The notes under the pieces were generated by a model. That model ran no database searches. It saw only the letters and a list, made by a program, of their open reading frames with translations, and was not told the DNA's origin. DNA of 63,785 nucleotides, filler included, from Sluysia triapertura (taxonomy: Eukaryota), in NCBI GenBank assembly GCA_046118255.1. It is 5 parts of 5 records of this genome, joined end to end, with 100 filler letters (N's around TTAATTAATTAA, not from the genome) between each part and the next. Parts side by side here need not be neighbours in the genome. Positions count along the whole stretch, not along the records: positions 10,984 to 25,412 come from JBJNIA010259957.1; positions 25,513 to 39,721 come from JBJNIA010003337.1; 3 more parts are not named here. One strand, written 5' to 3'. The position numbers and the translations under genes were made by a program. This document shows, piece by piece, positions 11,056 through 25,740 of this stretch (the first letter of the stretch is position 1; every line of letters starts with the position of its first letter).

Positions 11056-14000
11056 CTTTTTAACACAAATAAACCTCACAAAATTATAATTTGGTATAAT
11101 AGTTATTGACATAGTTATAAAAGAAGATTACGGTAAAATTATACTTGATATACTACCTATTGAAATTATTAAGGTTTAAACTGATCAAGATAATAGTATT
11201 AAGTTTTAATAATTAATAATTTTTAAAGACGCAAGAGAATGCTGTTAAAGTTGAAACTGTAAGTATTTGCTTTCGATGCAGGTATGGTTTGATCGAGTTT
11301 ATATAAGGAAACTCTTAATTTTAAGCAAAGTTAAGTTTTAATTATGGAATGTTGAATTTTGATACTTAGAATGGTGAAGATATAATGAATTCTTGTATAC
11401 ATTTTATGTACACGTAACTACCAGTTCTCAATAATTTCCAGAAATGTTAAAAATATACCAAATAAATAAAAATTATTTTTTAAGAATTATTTTAGCGTTT
11501 AACACAATTATATATGTATGACAACATTTTGGAATTTTTCAAGTAATTAACGATTTATTTTCGATAATTATTATTATCACGAACATCAACAGGTCATTCT
11601 CGTTTTTATAAAAAATTAATTTATTTTCAAATCAGCACCAGTTTATTCATTTTTTATTATTGTTTATTATTATTAACACTCATCGTTTTAATTTCAGAGA
11701 TGTTGCTGCATACTAACACATACCATTGCAAAAAGCATCCCCATTTATTTATTTAATATTACTTTTAGGGAATTCCCATTTAAAATTATTTCTGAAAATC
11801 ATTTTTTGAAAATAGAAAGTGCATATTTATTTGTGCATGTTGCATCACCTCTGATTTTTTGGATAGATTCTTAACATTATAAAATTACTGTTAATTTTTA
11901 GATTTAGGCATAAGCGCTAAATCTACCATAAGCGCTTTTGAGTACTTTCGTGGTAGATATGAGCGCCATATAAATTAATATATTATTATTTGTATTATTG
12001 TTAAAATAAAAACTAGTTGTAACAATTGGTATTTGCTTATGTAATTATTAAATTAGTGAGTTATTGTTATTAATGTAAATAGAAAAACATAATATTTTGG
12101 TTTTAATAAATATTATTTTTTACAATTAGAATTTGTAGGAAATTCATTTATTCGATAAGTCCAATATTGATTGTTCCACAATTTAGACTAAGAGTGAACC
12201 ATATTAAGTGATAAATTTGCTTTCATAATAAAAATCATTATTCTGATAGACTTTATGACAGTTATAAAATATTAAAATTTTTGCAGTTTAAAATTATTCA
12301 TATGTACTGATCAATTATAAAAGAGGCTCTCAATATTGCTAAGTGACTATTTAGCACATTTGACTTTTTCTTTGTTTCATTTGATATTATAGTTATTAAT
12401 CGAAATACTATTGTTGTATATTTCATCTAAATTATCAAAATTGAAATCAAAGAAAAATAGTTAACACAAACTGACTTCATGTCGTAATCATAAATTACTT
12501 TCAATAAACAATTACAACTAGTAAAATTAGAATTAATAAAACAAAGAATCCAAGTTTAATTTTTTTTAATTTAAGGAGTTTAGAAACTGATTAAAACCAG
12601 CGATTTAAATATTACAAAATTATTTTACGTTTGACTGCGTGACAATTTTATCTCGAATTTTATGATCATTTCAATGAAAGCGATTGAGATAAATAAAAAC
12701 AAAGATGTGTAAATGAAATTATAAGTAATATAATAATTTTGATAAATTTATACTAGACCAAAATAGAAACAAAGTAAAATATATTAAATTAAAGCTGAGA
12801 TTTAGTCCAAAATTATCCGGACACCATAGCATGTATTATAAACTAACTACTTCATTTATAAGTTAATTTTATATTTAATCACATTGATTCTCAATTTTGT
12901 AAATATTTATAACATATTAAGGTGCTTCAAAAATAACTTTTAAGCAGCGAATTAAAATAATGTAATTTAATGTAAACTATATTATTTTTATGTACTAACA
13001 AGACCGATTATTTATTCAGTGATTTAAAAATACTTGAATTTAACATTAATTTAAATTAGATAAAATTTTTAAACTTCAAACATAAATACGGTTTTCACTA
13101 ATTTTGCTTTTTAACTCACACGGAAATAATTTTAAAGGATAAAATAAATATTCATTATTAATCGAAAATTAATGTTTTAAATTTCACTAATTCAAATTTG
13201 AAATAAATATAAACATAAACCTGTTAACACATTGTATGTCACTTAAGTAAATTTATTTAAATTTTGTAAGAAATTTTTAAAAAAGTAAACAATCCTAAAA
13301 ACAAAAACTATTTTATGTTTAGTAAAATATTCGTGCGTGACATCCAACATATTAATACAAAATGATAATTTCAATATTTTTAAATAAATAAGTACACATT
13401 TTAATTATAATAATTAAAAAATAATTTAAGATCATAACTGTGTCATTATATTAATACAGTGACAGACATACCATTAATTTTAGAAATGTAAAAAATAATA
13501 ATTCGATTTTAAGGTAAATAAAGATTGTTTTATTATGAATGAAACAAACGAAACAAACATAGATCTGCCACTGATTAACATATCACATACATTAATTTAA
13601 TAATAGAAATAAGTTTCAATATATATATGAAGATAATTCTCCGTTTATAAATAAAGAATTTTAAATAACGGAAAATATTTAATAAAATATAAACTGGTCA
13701 AACAGGTAATCCAATGTTCAGGAAGTACTCAAATAATAAGCATAAAAATAATAAACATAATCAAAATACAACGCTAACATAAAAACATTTTAATGATCGA
13801 TTAAATACATTTACAATATAGTAAAATAAATAATTGCAAATTATTTTTTTTGTAACTTTAAGGTTTATTCCACTCATAAAAATGATCAAATTAAGTTTAG
13901 TTGAAAATGAATTCACATCTTACATGATGCAACTCTTCAATATTAAGTTAAATTGATTCCCACATAATAAGTGATTGATTATCCTATTGTTTTTCATCAC

Positions 14001-17000
14001 AAATTTAGCCTGATACATTTTAATTTACATTTTAGAAGTTGCACTTTACTATACAATGTGGTAATTCTTAATTTCCACAATTGTCTGATCTTTTAATTAT
14101 AAAATATTGTATCAGAAAATGAATGTTTCACATACTCGAAATTGAAATTAGTTTTTTAAAACTTCAAAATTATATACATTAGTAATACCACAGTGATAGG
14201 AAATGTCGTAATGTATTTGTTAAATAAATAATAAATCTAATTTATTTTAATAATGAGAATATAATAATAAATTTTATTAAAAATAGCAATGATTAAATAT
14301 AATAAACTTGTAATAAAAGCATAATTTTTGTATAAAGGATAAAAAACTTTTGTAGTAAAATAATAAATTTTCGAATATTTCATGAAACATCAATAGATTA
14401 TTTGGATTTATGTGACGCTGAATATAAAGTGTGAAAGGTAGCGTAGGGCTTAAGAAGAGAAACAGTCAGACTAAGTATATTAATCACCTAATTTGTAGAC
14501 TAACACCACGTGACAAAAAAGGATTTCAAATAAAAGATCAAAGATAAACGGAATTGACAAATTAAAACTGATGTGGCAGATTATTTCAATTAATTAACAC
14601 TTGGTCAGTAGCAGTAGTTAAATTTTATCGATAATCGTTGAAATGAAATTTTATCAATATTATATATAATTCATAAGTTTCCTTTGTTATCACCTAAGTG
14701 AAAAAATCAAAAATGGGAATTTACTACAATTAAAAGTCATTGAATAAAGATTAAGGATTAAAGATTAATTAAGATTACCAATTAACTTAAAGGGTAATTA
14801 CTACTTGTAAATAAAACAAGTTAAATCGAAATGAGATTATAACTTCAGTTAATTTGAAGACTGCAAACTGAAAAAGAAACAAAACTCTCAGCAGTATAAT
14901 AAAAGGAATAAAAATGCCTTGCCCGAATAGTACTTCGAACACATAATTACCTAGAAATCTTAAAGATATGATATTCTAAGGAGCTTAAATCGTATACTAG
15001 AGACGAACCCTAATTAGATTTTCATTTGTAAGTTAGTTTTCGAATAAAACAGCTTGCAGAAACCTGTATTTGATTAATATGTAAATAATTTACTTATACT
15101 AAGTCATAATGAAGCTAAAAATCCAAGAATTATATTAATGCATTATCTTCTTAATCTATTAACAAAAACCAAGGATGGTCGAATTACCTTTATCAAAATT
15201 ATTTTTCTATATATAATCAAAAAATAATAACTGCTAATTAGCTAATTAAACAAAAAATTTTTCATACTGAAACTTCGTTAAAAATAAATATCTTACCAAA
15301 ATAAAATTCAAGAACCTGACAACGATCGAAAATATTACTTATATTCAGAAACTGATACAAATAAATTAAGCGTACTTTCTAAAATTAGAACAATTTATGA
15401 CTTTCAACAGCTAAAAAATCAACATTTACAAAATATTCATAATAAAAAAAATATTTTTATGTAATCGCATTATAAATGTACTAATAGTTAAAACACTAAC
15501 GAAAAAAATGAAATATATTTATCATAATGAGCTATAATTATTTTAGTTAAACTGACTTATTTCAATTTTACGTTTCTAAAACCTTCATTAATATCATCAT
15601 CATAACCAATATAACTAAATTTCAATATTAACAATATAGGTGTATAACATTGAAAACGAATTTTTACTTATTCAGTAATAAAAAGATTATTCAATCAAAG
15701 GCATTATTGCTTATAAGTGTAAAATACCATGCATTTAATAAGCATTATTTTGCAAGAAATTTTAATTTAATTTTAAATAGAATGAAAACAAACTTCAATT
15801 TAAATGAATTACTTTGAGATTTAAAATGAGCACATACACTATATTCTTAAAACTTGTGTGAAATAACTGAGAAAAGATTGTTTATTATCTTAACTGATAA
15901 CTTTATTAACATATTGCGATATATCAAAAACATTGTTAAGTCTGTTGTTAATGACGAGAATACATTGTTCTTCATTTTAATGTTAAAAATTAATTACAAG
16001 TAATTACTAGTAATTAAGGAAAGCCAAAAACAAAATTACTCATTTGCAATGTTTATAGTTAAAATTAACATAGTTAAAATTTTGTAAATAATTTTCCAAT
16101 ATTTTGAAATTACAAAAAATTTCATATAATATTTACTAAATATATCAGTGTAAAAATGCGCTTTATTTTTATTAAAATTTGAGGTCAATTTCACGCAATT
16201 TTTACTGTTTAATTTGACACTTATTATGGAGTAACAAAATAATAATATTAACATTAAGATCAGGTAGTAAATTATTTTATAAAAATGTAAATTTATTTTT
16301 AATCCTATTTATACATTTTATCTTATTTAAATAATTTCAATCATTAAAATGTTAATAAAATAACCAAATTTAAATTTCAATCCAATTAAAATTACATTAT
16401 TTGATTTACAGATAAAATTATGTAATTTTAAAAAATAACACCAATACATTTAGTCAAAATAGTTAATTTTAAATGCAAAATAAAATATATTGCACGATTT
16501 ATATTGTATCCCATATTTTACTGTCGTAAAATGAGAATTAAAAATTTTTCAAATAGAGAACAAATCTTAAATATTTCATGACAATCACTAACTCTGTTAG
16601 AAACGTTAACATTGGCATCTACACAAATCAAATATATAATTTTCTGATTTGCAAGAGATATGTGTAAATTTTATTATCGTCAAATAAGTAAGTTCAATTT
16701 CAAGATCATACAATTAAGTGAAACTTCACAATCTTTAATTAACCAAATATTTTAAAAATATAGAACATTATTTGTAACATTTTATTTCAATAAAAAGACA
16801 CTCCTGTTATTTCACAAATAAGTGTAAAGCCCAATCAGAAGAACGAGAAATATTTTGTTTAAATTACTTTATAAATTATTTTCACGATATTCATTTATTC
16901 GCTGCTTTAATTCATTCTTAATTCCGATTATTAGTAAAAAGTTGAATCCAATAAAAAATTTTTCGTTGATTCATTAAAACATCAAAATATTTGTTTATTT

Positions 17001-19629
17001 TAAAAATTAATTTTTTCCAGTTTTTTGAAAAATCATTAGCTAGTGCTGATTCTTAATTTGTATATAATTTGGATTCCGTGTCAAAAGTTTGAATTCACAG
17101 AAATAACACGCACCACATCTGCTCTATATTATATAGATGTATTCTTCAATTACCGTTTACCAAGTAAGAACAGTTTATTCCTTCACTTAGAAGATATCCA
17201 TTTTTTATTTTAAATAACATTATAAATTCTTAGTGAACATTAAAAATGCTCATTATTTTTGGCAAGAATTTGGAAACATTCGAAATTCATCGATTATACT
17301 ATAAAATCTAGCAGAGAATTATTCTCGCCATTTTTGGTCAGAACCTATTTAGGTGGTTTGAGTAGTTATAAAATATTTAATTTTCTTGTTACGACAATAG
17401 TATTGGAGTCTATTAAGAGAGTTATATATAACATTCATAAATATTATTCTTAAATTTGATAACATTTGATTTATAACATGATAGATAAATTCTGAAACTG
17501 TTTTCATACATTCTAGAATCATAACCAATTTTTACTGAGATCGTAAGCACTGTGATCAAACAAGGTTAAATAATCAGTCAAGAGGTTAATATAATAATTA
17601 ATAATAAAAATTGCTAAATAAAAAACACTGTAAAATTTTTCCATTTAAGTTATAATAATCATTAGTCAATAATTCACTTGTCTAGTTTTTATAATTCTAA
17701 TAAAAAGTAACAAAATATAGTGTACAAATAAAACTATTAACATCATTAAATTTAATCAGCTCCATCTTTTTTGTCTTTCTTTAGTAAAATATAATTTTTA
17801 AAACAAATGCATTTTTGATATAGATCATGACTAGTAAATTCAACAATTTCGTGTCATAAAAGTTCCAAAAATTATCGTAAATAAAATTAAAATACTAATT
17901 TTGTTATGGAATGAATTATTTAATGATACCGTACGAATTAATTTTATAAAAACATCAAAATAAAATTATTTGTAAAAGAATCTTAGTAATTTTAAATTAT
18001 TGTTAAATTAAAAAGTAAGCAAAAGAAAACAAAACCGAATATGGGATGATATATTTGAATTCACTAAATGAATTGTTAAACTTGAAAGAAACATACCAAA
18101 CAAGTGCAAAGCAATGCAAACCAAAACCGCGAAATGAATGCATATGAATTATGTTGCCATATTATCACTACAATGTATATTTTAGAATTATTAACTATAT
18201 AAAAATTGAGCATATAATGAAGTTTAACTAAAGAAAATATATAAAATGGAATTAAAGAATTAAATGGCTATTATATAAAAAAGGGAAAATGTACGAGTTA
18301 AACTAGCAAATATTATTTGAAAATTGATTATTATTTGAGTAAACATTTATGCAATACCAGACAACAAAAATTATTGAATTTTTTGGTGAATTAATCTTTT
18401 GATTGGTGTATTAAAACTAAATCTGCTAAAATTATACGTCCTTAAACGTGCATAATATAAAATATTACGATCACATTGAAAAATAAATATCGAACAATTA
18501 TCAAACATTAAAGTAATAAAACCAAATAACATGTTTATTAAAATATCAAAATAATTTCAACATTTTAGTGACAAAAATATGCGGATAAATAATATTATTT
18601 ACAACACAAAAAAGTCGTCAAATTAAGAAATAATTTCTGAATTGATATCAGTTAAAATTAAATCAGTCAGAAGAATTTCGAGTTTTGACTCAAATAAATA
18701 ACCAAAAACGGAATTATAATTAATTCAATTTATTATCATAGTTGATATTGTATTAACAAAATTAAGAAAGTGATACATCTTGAAAACTAAAATAATAGAA
18801 AGTAGCTTTTAAAAGTTAACTAATTTTAATTTTATTTACGATAAATAATCAGAAATATAACATATATAATGCATTTATGACATAATCGCCCACTTTAACT
18901 CTGAGGCAGATAATTTTTGAAAATAAGAAATTCTATTTCTTTTTAAATTGAACAAAGTTGGTTTATTTCTTAATAAAGGAACGAAAAAGTATAATGCAAG
19001 TAAAGTTTTTATTATAGGGTGGGACATGTATATTTACTCATCAAAAAGCTAAGAATTTTAATATCACCGTGCCTCAGAAAGTTAATATTATCTATCATCT
19101 ACATAAATTGAATTTTTAATGCTTTTCGTGCATTTTTATTGTCATTCATAAAAATATTGCTACGTTATTTTTATTTAATAAATATTTTTGTTTTTGATAA
19201 TAATCAAACAAATAAAGCGACACAAAAAACCAGTAAAATAGCCTCAAAAAAATTGAAAAAGCAGAAAATATTGCAACATAATATTTTAAATATTTTATTC
19301 AATTCATTATACTAATTTCAATATCATAAAGAGAATTTTAAAATTTTAGTTTATAAATTGGTTCTAATATGGCCTAAAATTAGCTTTTATTGTATTTCAT
19401 GTAATGTCATTAAACTTAATATTTTCTGTTTTTCTTTAATGAAATATAATTTTTAAAATTAATTAAAACATATTTCAACTCATTAATAATATAACACTAC
19501 GGAAAAAGGTGATAAAGAACAACGTTGTAGATAATTTACATGTAATTTCATATAAAAATAAGACACTAAATAATATCTTTGTGGTGTGTTATGTACTTAT
19601 ATATATCATACATTCTCACAAATGAGATT

Positions 19630-20090
19630 TTATTCAACCATAGACAAACAATCACTGTGTAATATAACCCAATCGAATTTATTAAATAAACCAGAATATC
19701 CTTTTCCTAACGAACTTATCACCTGAGGAGGTAAACCACAATTAACTAAAATAAATGGACCTGATGGCACTTGAAAATATTTCTCAATTTCAAGGCCTGG
19801 TACGCCATCTTGTCGTGGCTTTAAAAGTCCGTTTTTAGAATCGAATTGCTTGATTCTAACTTCCATTTTATTCGAAATGCAACATGGTAGACCCACAAAT
19901 ATAGGAATTTGATAGAAAAACTGACTCACTAAAGGAGGATCAATGGCAATAACTGTTGCCAGATTGTTTGTGGACTGGTTTTTAATCCATTTGAACAAAT
20001 CTGGATGGAATGAACGAGAAATGTTTGACTTTGGATATGTAACATCTTGAAGGCTTGTAATGATATAATCGAAATTGTGAATGTATAAAT
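19630..20090 (-). CDS. EDC3: Terminal exon of enhancer of mRNA-decapping protein 3 (YjeF-N domain)
   Basis: Acceptor tttAG (20092-20091). Reads (D)LYIHNFDYIITSLQD...WIKNQ...VIAIDPP...FVGLP...ILVNCGLPPQVISSLGKGYSGLFNKFDWVILHSD..., following the EDC3 pattern VDLVINCLD...W...VLSIDPP...LGLP...LCDIGIPQQVF..VGINYHSPFGCKFVIPLHS. Confidence 0.8.
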
Positions 20091-20163
20091 CTAAATTAAA
20101 ACAATTTCGTTAACGTTTTATCAAAATAATATGATTCATTAAAATATTCAAAGTGAGTAAAAC

Positions 20164-20234
20164 CTTTGAGTTCAATACTTTTTTGATCAATAAAGTATAG
20201 AATATCCCAAAAGTAAAGCACATTTTGATTAAGC
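20164..20234 (-). CDS. EDC3: Probable penultimate EDC3 exon
   Basis: AG/GT-bounded 71-bp open exon with a 73-bp intron. Splicing gives ...KSIELK-DL..., matching EDC3 SSLKDL. Donor is weak (GTTTTA). Confidence 0.45.
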
Positions 20235-21129
20235 CTAATAATAAAATTAATTAGTAAATTTTATTTCAGAAATACAATGGACATAATTTTTTCAAATTCA
20301 AAGAAAATTATGCCCAAACGAAGATAAAATTATTGTGGATAAAGATGAATCCCTTAGATCTATTCATTTTCTACTTATGCACGATATATTACAAAAAAAT
20401 CATTAAAATTTAGTTTAAAAGTGTCTAAATAATAGTAAATATCTTAATTATATACCTATGGGAAATACAATATTAACGATGTAAAAATGTTCTTCATAGT
20501 TTCATAAATAATTTCATAATAAATAGCATGATGACCTTGATAAGGTGGAATAATTAAAAAAATATAAACATAAAATATAAAAATATAAACATAAGCAAAC
20601 ATAATTTAGGAAACATTTATCAAAGTAATACAAAATACAAGTACATCATTATTAACTGCTATTTTTATTTTAAACTTCATGATTATCTAGTATTTTTCAT
20701 GCTATTTTTAGACTATATCAATAATGTCAATGATATATTAGATTATGTTGTGAAAGTTCATTGCAGAGATACAAAAATTAATAAAATGAAACTCTAAATT
20801 GATCTATTGGTGCTTGTCTCAAAACTCTTGATGAGGAAAATTCTAGTACATTTTTTTTGTCACATTATGATAAAGCAAGTTAAAAGTTCGATATATGGTA
20901 ATAAAATTGATGCTTACAGAATTTATTTGGTGTATGGTTATAAAAATGATGTTTATTAAATTTATTTAGTGTAATGATATTAGAAAAATATTGAAATTTA
21001 TTTAATTTATGTTTATTAAAAATTATTAAAATTGGTTATTAAATTGCATTTATTAAATCTAAGAAGAATCTATTCGAATTATAAATTACATAAATATTAG
21101 ATATCAAAATTTTATATATAAGATATTGT

Positions 21130-22569
21130 AATGTCCGTGAACATGTTGGAGACTGAGGACTTTAGAAATAATAATAATATGATCATCGTTTGAAATGATA
21201 CACACAATATTTCTTCATCAATGAAGTTGAATCAAACTTCACAAAATGTTTCAATGTCGATTTATGTATTGGGTTGTACCAAGATAATAATAAAACTGCC
21301 ACTAGTGTCGATTATATCATCTTGGTGTTGGCAGGATGCGCTTGAAAAGATGGTCAGCATATGGTGAAAAACATTCATACTTTTTGTTAATAAACGTATT
21401 GTTATAAAAGTATCATGATTTAAAGGTTGTTGAAAAACTGATGATACAAATGTATTAAAAACTAAAATGATATTATTCTTATTAAAACTTTTGTTAATTT
21501 TAACAACTTCTTTAATGTCAGATCTTTTCATTGATGTATTAGGAGTTTTAATCTTTATCATTTTATTAAATCAATCACTTTATATTTTATTTCAAATTTC
21601 GTAGCTACTTTCATAAAATAAAGTCTGGTTCTAGGATTAAATAAATAATTATAGAAATTAATGAAACTAATGTTGAAGCAAGAATAGTACAATATTGACC
21701 AATCTTCATTGCTGCTGTGATTGCTTTTAATATTTCTTTAATATAATTATCACCGTGTGAATGATCGTCTTTTATAGTTTCGTTTGTTGATTTTCGTTTT
21801 ATTGGTCGTACTGTCGGTAATTTTGAATTCATTTTCACGTCTTTAAAAGAACAATTTATTCTCTTTATTCTAAGAGAAGCATTGTACATTTTGGATTAAA
21901 TTGAATGCAACAAATTTATTACTATCAGTTTGACTAGAATTTGAAGGTAAATTGGATGATGCATCATTTAGAGTGATACTCTTTTCATCACAGGAATTAA
22001 TTGGACTTTTTGAAATAGTCTTCAATTGCGAATTAGAAGCTGTGTCAATTGTATTAGGTTCTTTGGTATCCAAATTCATCGTAACTTCATTTTCATGCAA
22101 TGAATATTCTGCTTCTGTTTCAATTTTAGGAGATTTAAGTGTTGAAATTACATTTTCTGTTCAATGATTTTCTAAATTCTTATCATTCATATTCTTTATT
22201 ACACTTTCTGTATTTTCTACTATCTGACTTGGTTCATGATTTACATCTGTTTTAATATTATGTTCTGTATAATTAATAACTGATCCTTTTTTGATAAAGT
22301 AGCATTTCTGTGTGAGATCATAGTGGAAGAATTATTAGGTGAAGAATAAAAAAAGTAAAGATATAATATAATAAAAAGTATGAAAGTTATGATAGAAAAT
22401 TAATGAAGTTAAAGGTGTTAAAAGAAATTCCATTTAGTTTATCGTTATTTTTAAATTTTCAATACAAATTTAATGATTTTTGATGTAATAAGTACTTTGG
22501 GTGTTGTAAAATTGATTTTTAGTGCAGTGCGATGTATTAAAATTTTGTGTAAAGATGTTGGCCACCACC
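21130..22569 (-). mobile_element. Diverged family A-like copy carrying a frameshifted ORF of unknown function (fragments 22100-21870, 21889-21611, 21561-21262)
   Basis: Minus strand begins (T)GGTGGTGGCCAACATC then a C/A-rich tract. Three successive same-strand ORF fragments, S/T/N-rich at the start. The left boundary is approximate. Confidence 0.45.
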
Positions 22570-22689
22570 AAAAGTTTCATAAATTAACCTTTTCGCATAT
22601 ATTTGTAAAAATGTTTCATACGCTCCAAGCGAGTATTTTCGCATCATATTTTAAAATGGTTTCCTAATTACTTAAAATTTTAATTTAAT

Positions 22690-23450
22690 TCATTATAATA
22701 AAAATCACATTTCAATAGTATTCCACCTTTCACTTCTTCAAAAAACATTTAAAATATAATCATATCAAAACATTTTAAGTTCACAATCTGATAACATGTA
22801 AAATCATTCATAACATCAAAAATCATTAAATTTACGTTTCAAAATTAATTTTAAAATAATAATCTAAATGGAATTCCTTTTAACATCTCCATATTCTTCC
22901 TTTAACAACCTCAAGTTTTCATTATTCATTGCCTTAAAGAATCTATTAATTTGTTTTATAGTTTAAGATAAGAAATAATATTTTATAAAGAATATTTTAT
23001 TAAGAAATTTGTAAAGAAATTTAGAATAAAGGAAATATGTACAGAAAAGACAGAAGTTTATGCATGTTTCTTTATTTTTATTTTGTATTATTTATTATTA
23101 CTATTATTATTTTTATTATTACTAACTTTATTATTATTAATTTTGTTTTACTATTATTATCATTATTATTTACTTCATTACATTATTATTATCATTACTA
23201 TTATTTGCATTATAATTACCATTTCTAATTACTATCGTTATTATTTCTAATACTATTAAAATACTGTCAAACTTGACAGTTGCTGGGTACAAACTAATTT
23301 CAATATGTTCATCATTTCACAGTTTTTCGTTTCTATCTTCATTAAAATACCAATACTGCCATGTTTGACAGTTCAATAATCAATACAAATTTTAACCAAT
23401 TTCGTCATCTCAATGGCTGACCAATCGCATTATTGATAGCAAAACCAAGG
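22690..23450 (+). mobile_element. Family A internal segment (5' end missing)
   Basis: C/A-rich tract, AAATATGT...GAAGTTTATGCATG motif, (TAT) tract, palindrome ACTGTCAA-ac-TTGACAGT (23263-23280), GGTACAAACTAATT shared with the 9147 copy. Confidence 0.55.
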
Positions 23451-23589
23451 AATTGTTAATTAACAAATTTCACAATTAAATTTCATGAATAAAAAACGCT
23501 TTTAATAATATTCAGAAAGTTATTCTGTAATAAAGTATTGAAAATTTCATACTGTTTATTGTGATTTCAAGATTAAAAAATGAATTCTA

Positions 23590-23830
23590 TTTCTCGAGAT
23601 ATAGATGTTCTACCAGGCGTAACATTGGGTAGTCAGTTGAAATGCTATTTTCAGGGAAGCCACAACAGAGCTGCGCTATCTGTTTTGTACAGATGAATTT
23701 GGTGTGTGCCTCAGATATGGGCGCTCACGTCAATACTGTCACAATGTACTGGAATTAAGTATCCATTCTCTCAGCGACGCTAGTTTCAATGATGACTTGT
23801 ATCGGATAAACAAGTTATTAATTTCATTAC
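23590..23830 (+). mobile_element. Decayed non-LTR reverse transcriptase fragment
   Basis: DVLPGVTLGSQL resembles GVPQGSIL; downstream SLSDASFNDDLYRINK resembles the post-YADD D..LQ.DL segment. Confidence 0.4.
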
Positions 23831-23921
23831 AAATTCATCCAATTAATTTGTTTCCCATAATCAATAATGACGAGATGTGTGACAAACATAACAAAATTAA
23901 ATGCATGATTATATTTCTTAT

Positions 23922-25060
23922 TATGGTGGGCAACCTTCACCTTAATAAATTTTATTAAAAATATATCTGAAATATCTTATACATTTCATCAAAACCTTCT
24001 TTTTACATAAGTCTTCTTCAATATAACACTCACCCCCAAAATATACAACTCACATTTCTAAATTCACAAATAATACAAAAAATAATTAAAATCCCTCACA
24101 ACCGTTCTTATACCTCAATTCTTTTCACATCCACGAAAATAAAACCCCATTTTCAAAACATTTCAAATCTACCATTTACATTCAAAAATTAACATAAAAC
24201 AGTATTAAACTAAATCAACACATTGTACATAAAACCATACTCTAACATTTTAACATTCTCATATTTACCTCCTCTACATTCTCTAAAACAATTCAACCGC
24301 TAAAGTCAATTTAAATCTACAACCTTATAACATATAAACCACGGTGACATTCAATACCATCAAATTACATTAAAATTCATCCAAAATATTTCATCTTTCA
24401 TCTCTGAACAATTCAATTTCAACCACATTCGAAATTAATTATCATAAACTTTCAAATCTTTTCAAACACTCTAAACTAACGATCTTTTATCATTAAAACC
24501 TAACAACCAAACATGACTTTCTTTCAAAACATCAATGCACATTTATCACTTATTTTAACATTATAATATTCTAAAGTACTTAAGTGTTAACCTTTTACAC
24601 TTTAATACACCTTCAGTAAGAAACACTAAATAGTATTAAATGTGTAAGAAATTAAACATATAAAAATAAGGTCATGATAAACTAAGAAACAAGGATTTTA
24701 AGCATTTTAATATTAATATCCATCATTTTAAGTCTAACTTCTAAATATGTCGAGAAATCCAAGAGTATAAAAGAAAGATCGTGTTTATGTGATTTTAATA
24801 ATAATAATTATTATTATTATTATCATTTTATTATTAATGTTGTCAAACAATTTTAACCGATTTTATTCATTATTCAGTAACTACCACTATCAGTGGCCAT
24901 TTCATTAAACTACATTTCCAATCGCTGTCAACACTGATAATGGTTTGTCATAATTTTCAATGTAGATTGTGTATGTTTTTATTGGCATCCAACCAGAGCT
25001 AACATCATCTCAACACCTCTAGTTGGATGAGCAATCAGGTATTACTAATCAACATTAGAA
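23922..25060 (+). mobile_element. Family A copy
   Basis: TATGGTGGGCAACC start, C/A tract, CTAAATATGTCGAGAA motif, (TAT) tract. Inverted repeats ACCACTATCAGTG (24883-24895)/CACTGATAATGGT (24932-24944) and CATCCAACCAGAG (24986-24998)/CTCTAGTTGGATG (25017-25029). Confidence 0.65.
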
Positions 25061-25412
25061 AATTGTAAAACATTTTATAAATGTATCGTGCTATATAATT
25101 GAAAATCAATGCGAAAATTAAAAAAACCGGTTTATACATTCCTTTTATGTGTAGTGGCCAACACTCATAATCAAAATCTATCAAAATATTACATCTAACA
25201 TTTACAAATTAAATTTCACTAAAATTCAAATTTTAAAACAATCACATTTTTTTACTTTCGAACTACACCAATACAAACATCATAAAATAACATTCGATAT
25301 TTCCAACACTTCATCAACTCACATATATCAACAATTCAACTAACATTTCAACCATCCATAGCATAACAAACTTCGACATTTAATCTCGAATAATTCACAA
25401 CATTCATTCATA

Positions 25413-25512
25413 NNNNNNNNNNNNNNNNNNNNNNNNNNNNNNNNNNNNNNNNNNNNTTAATTAATTAANNNNNNNNNNNNNNNNNNNNNNNNNNNNNNNN
25501 NNNNNNNNNNNN
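25413..25512. other. Artificial assembly spacer N44-TTAATTAATTAA-N44
   Basis: Identical 100-bp linker. Confidence 0.97.
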
Positions 25513-25740
25513 TTAAATTAATTAACAAATGTACTTTAATGTTTTAACAAATTAAACCTTTTACAGGGTTATTTTTTCGTATCTCTCATCATTTTACTTT
25601 GATTAAAATATTCTCTATAGTTATCTTACTATTTCAGTTCATCATAATGCCTCATTTTAGTTCTTTAATATCGTTCCACTTATTCTTTTATCCTAAGTTT
25701 TGACCCTTCTATCAACCCTTATTCTTCACTAATCCCAACA
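25513..25740. repeat. LTR-end family B (ends AATCCCAACA)
   Basis: Last 50 bp match 39845-39894 at 49/50; whole length is similar to 3590-3809; abuts a gap. Confidence 0.75.

Noticed and set aside
22313-22335. bantam-like TGAGATCA seed (and a miR-279/61-like TGACTAG at ~17828)
   Set aside because: Seed-only matches with no supporting hairpin.
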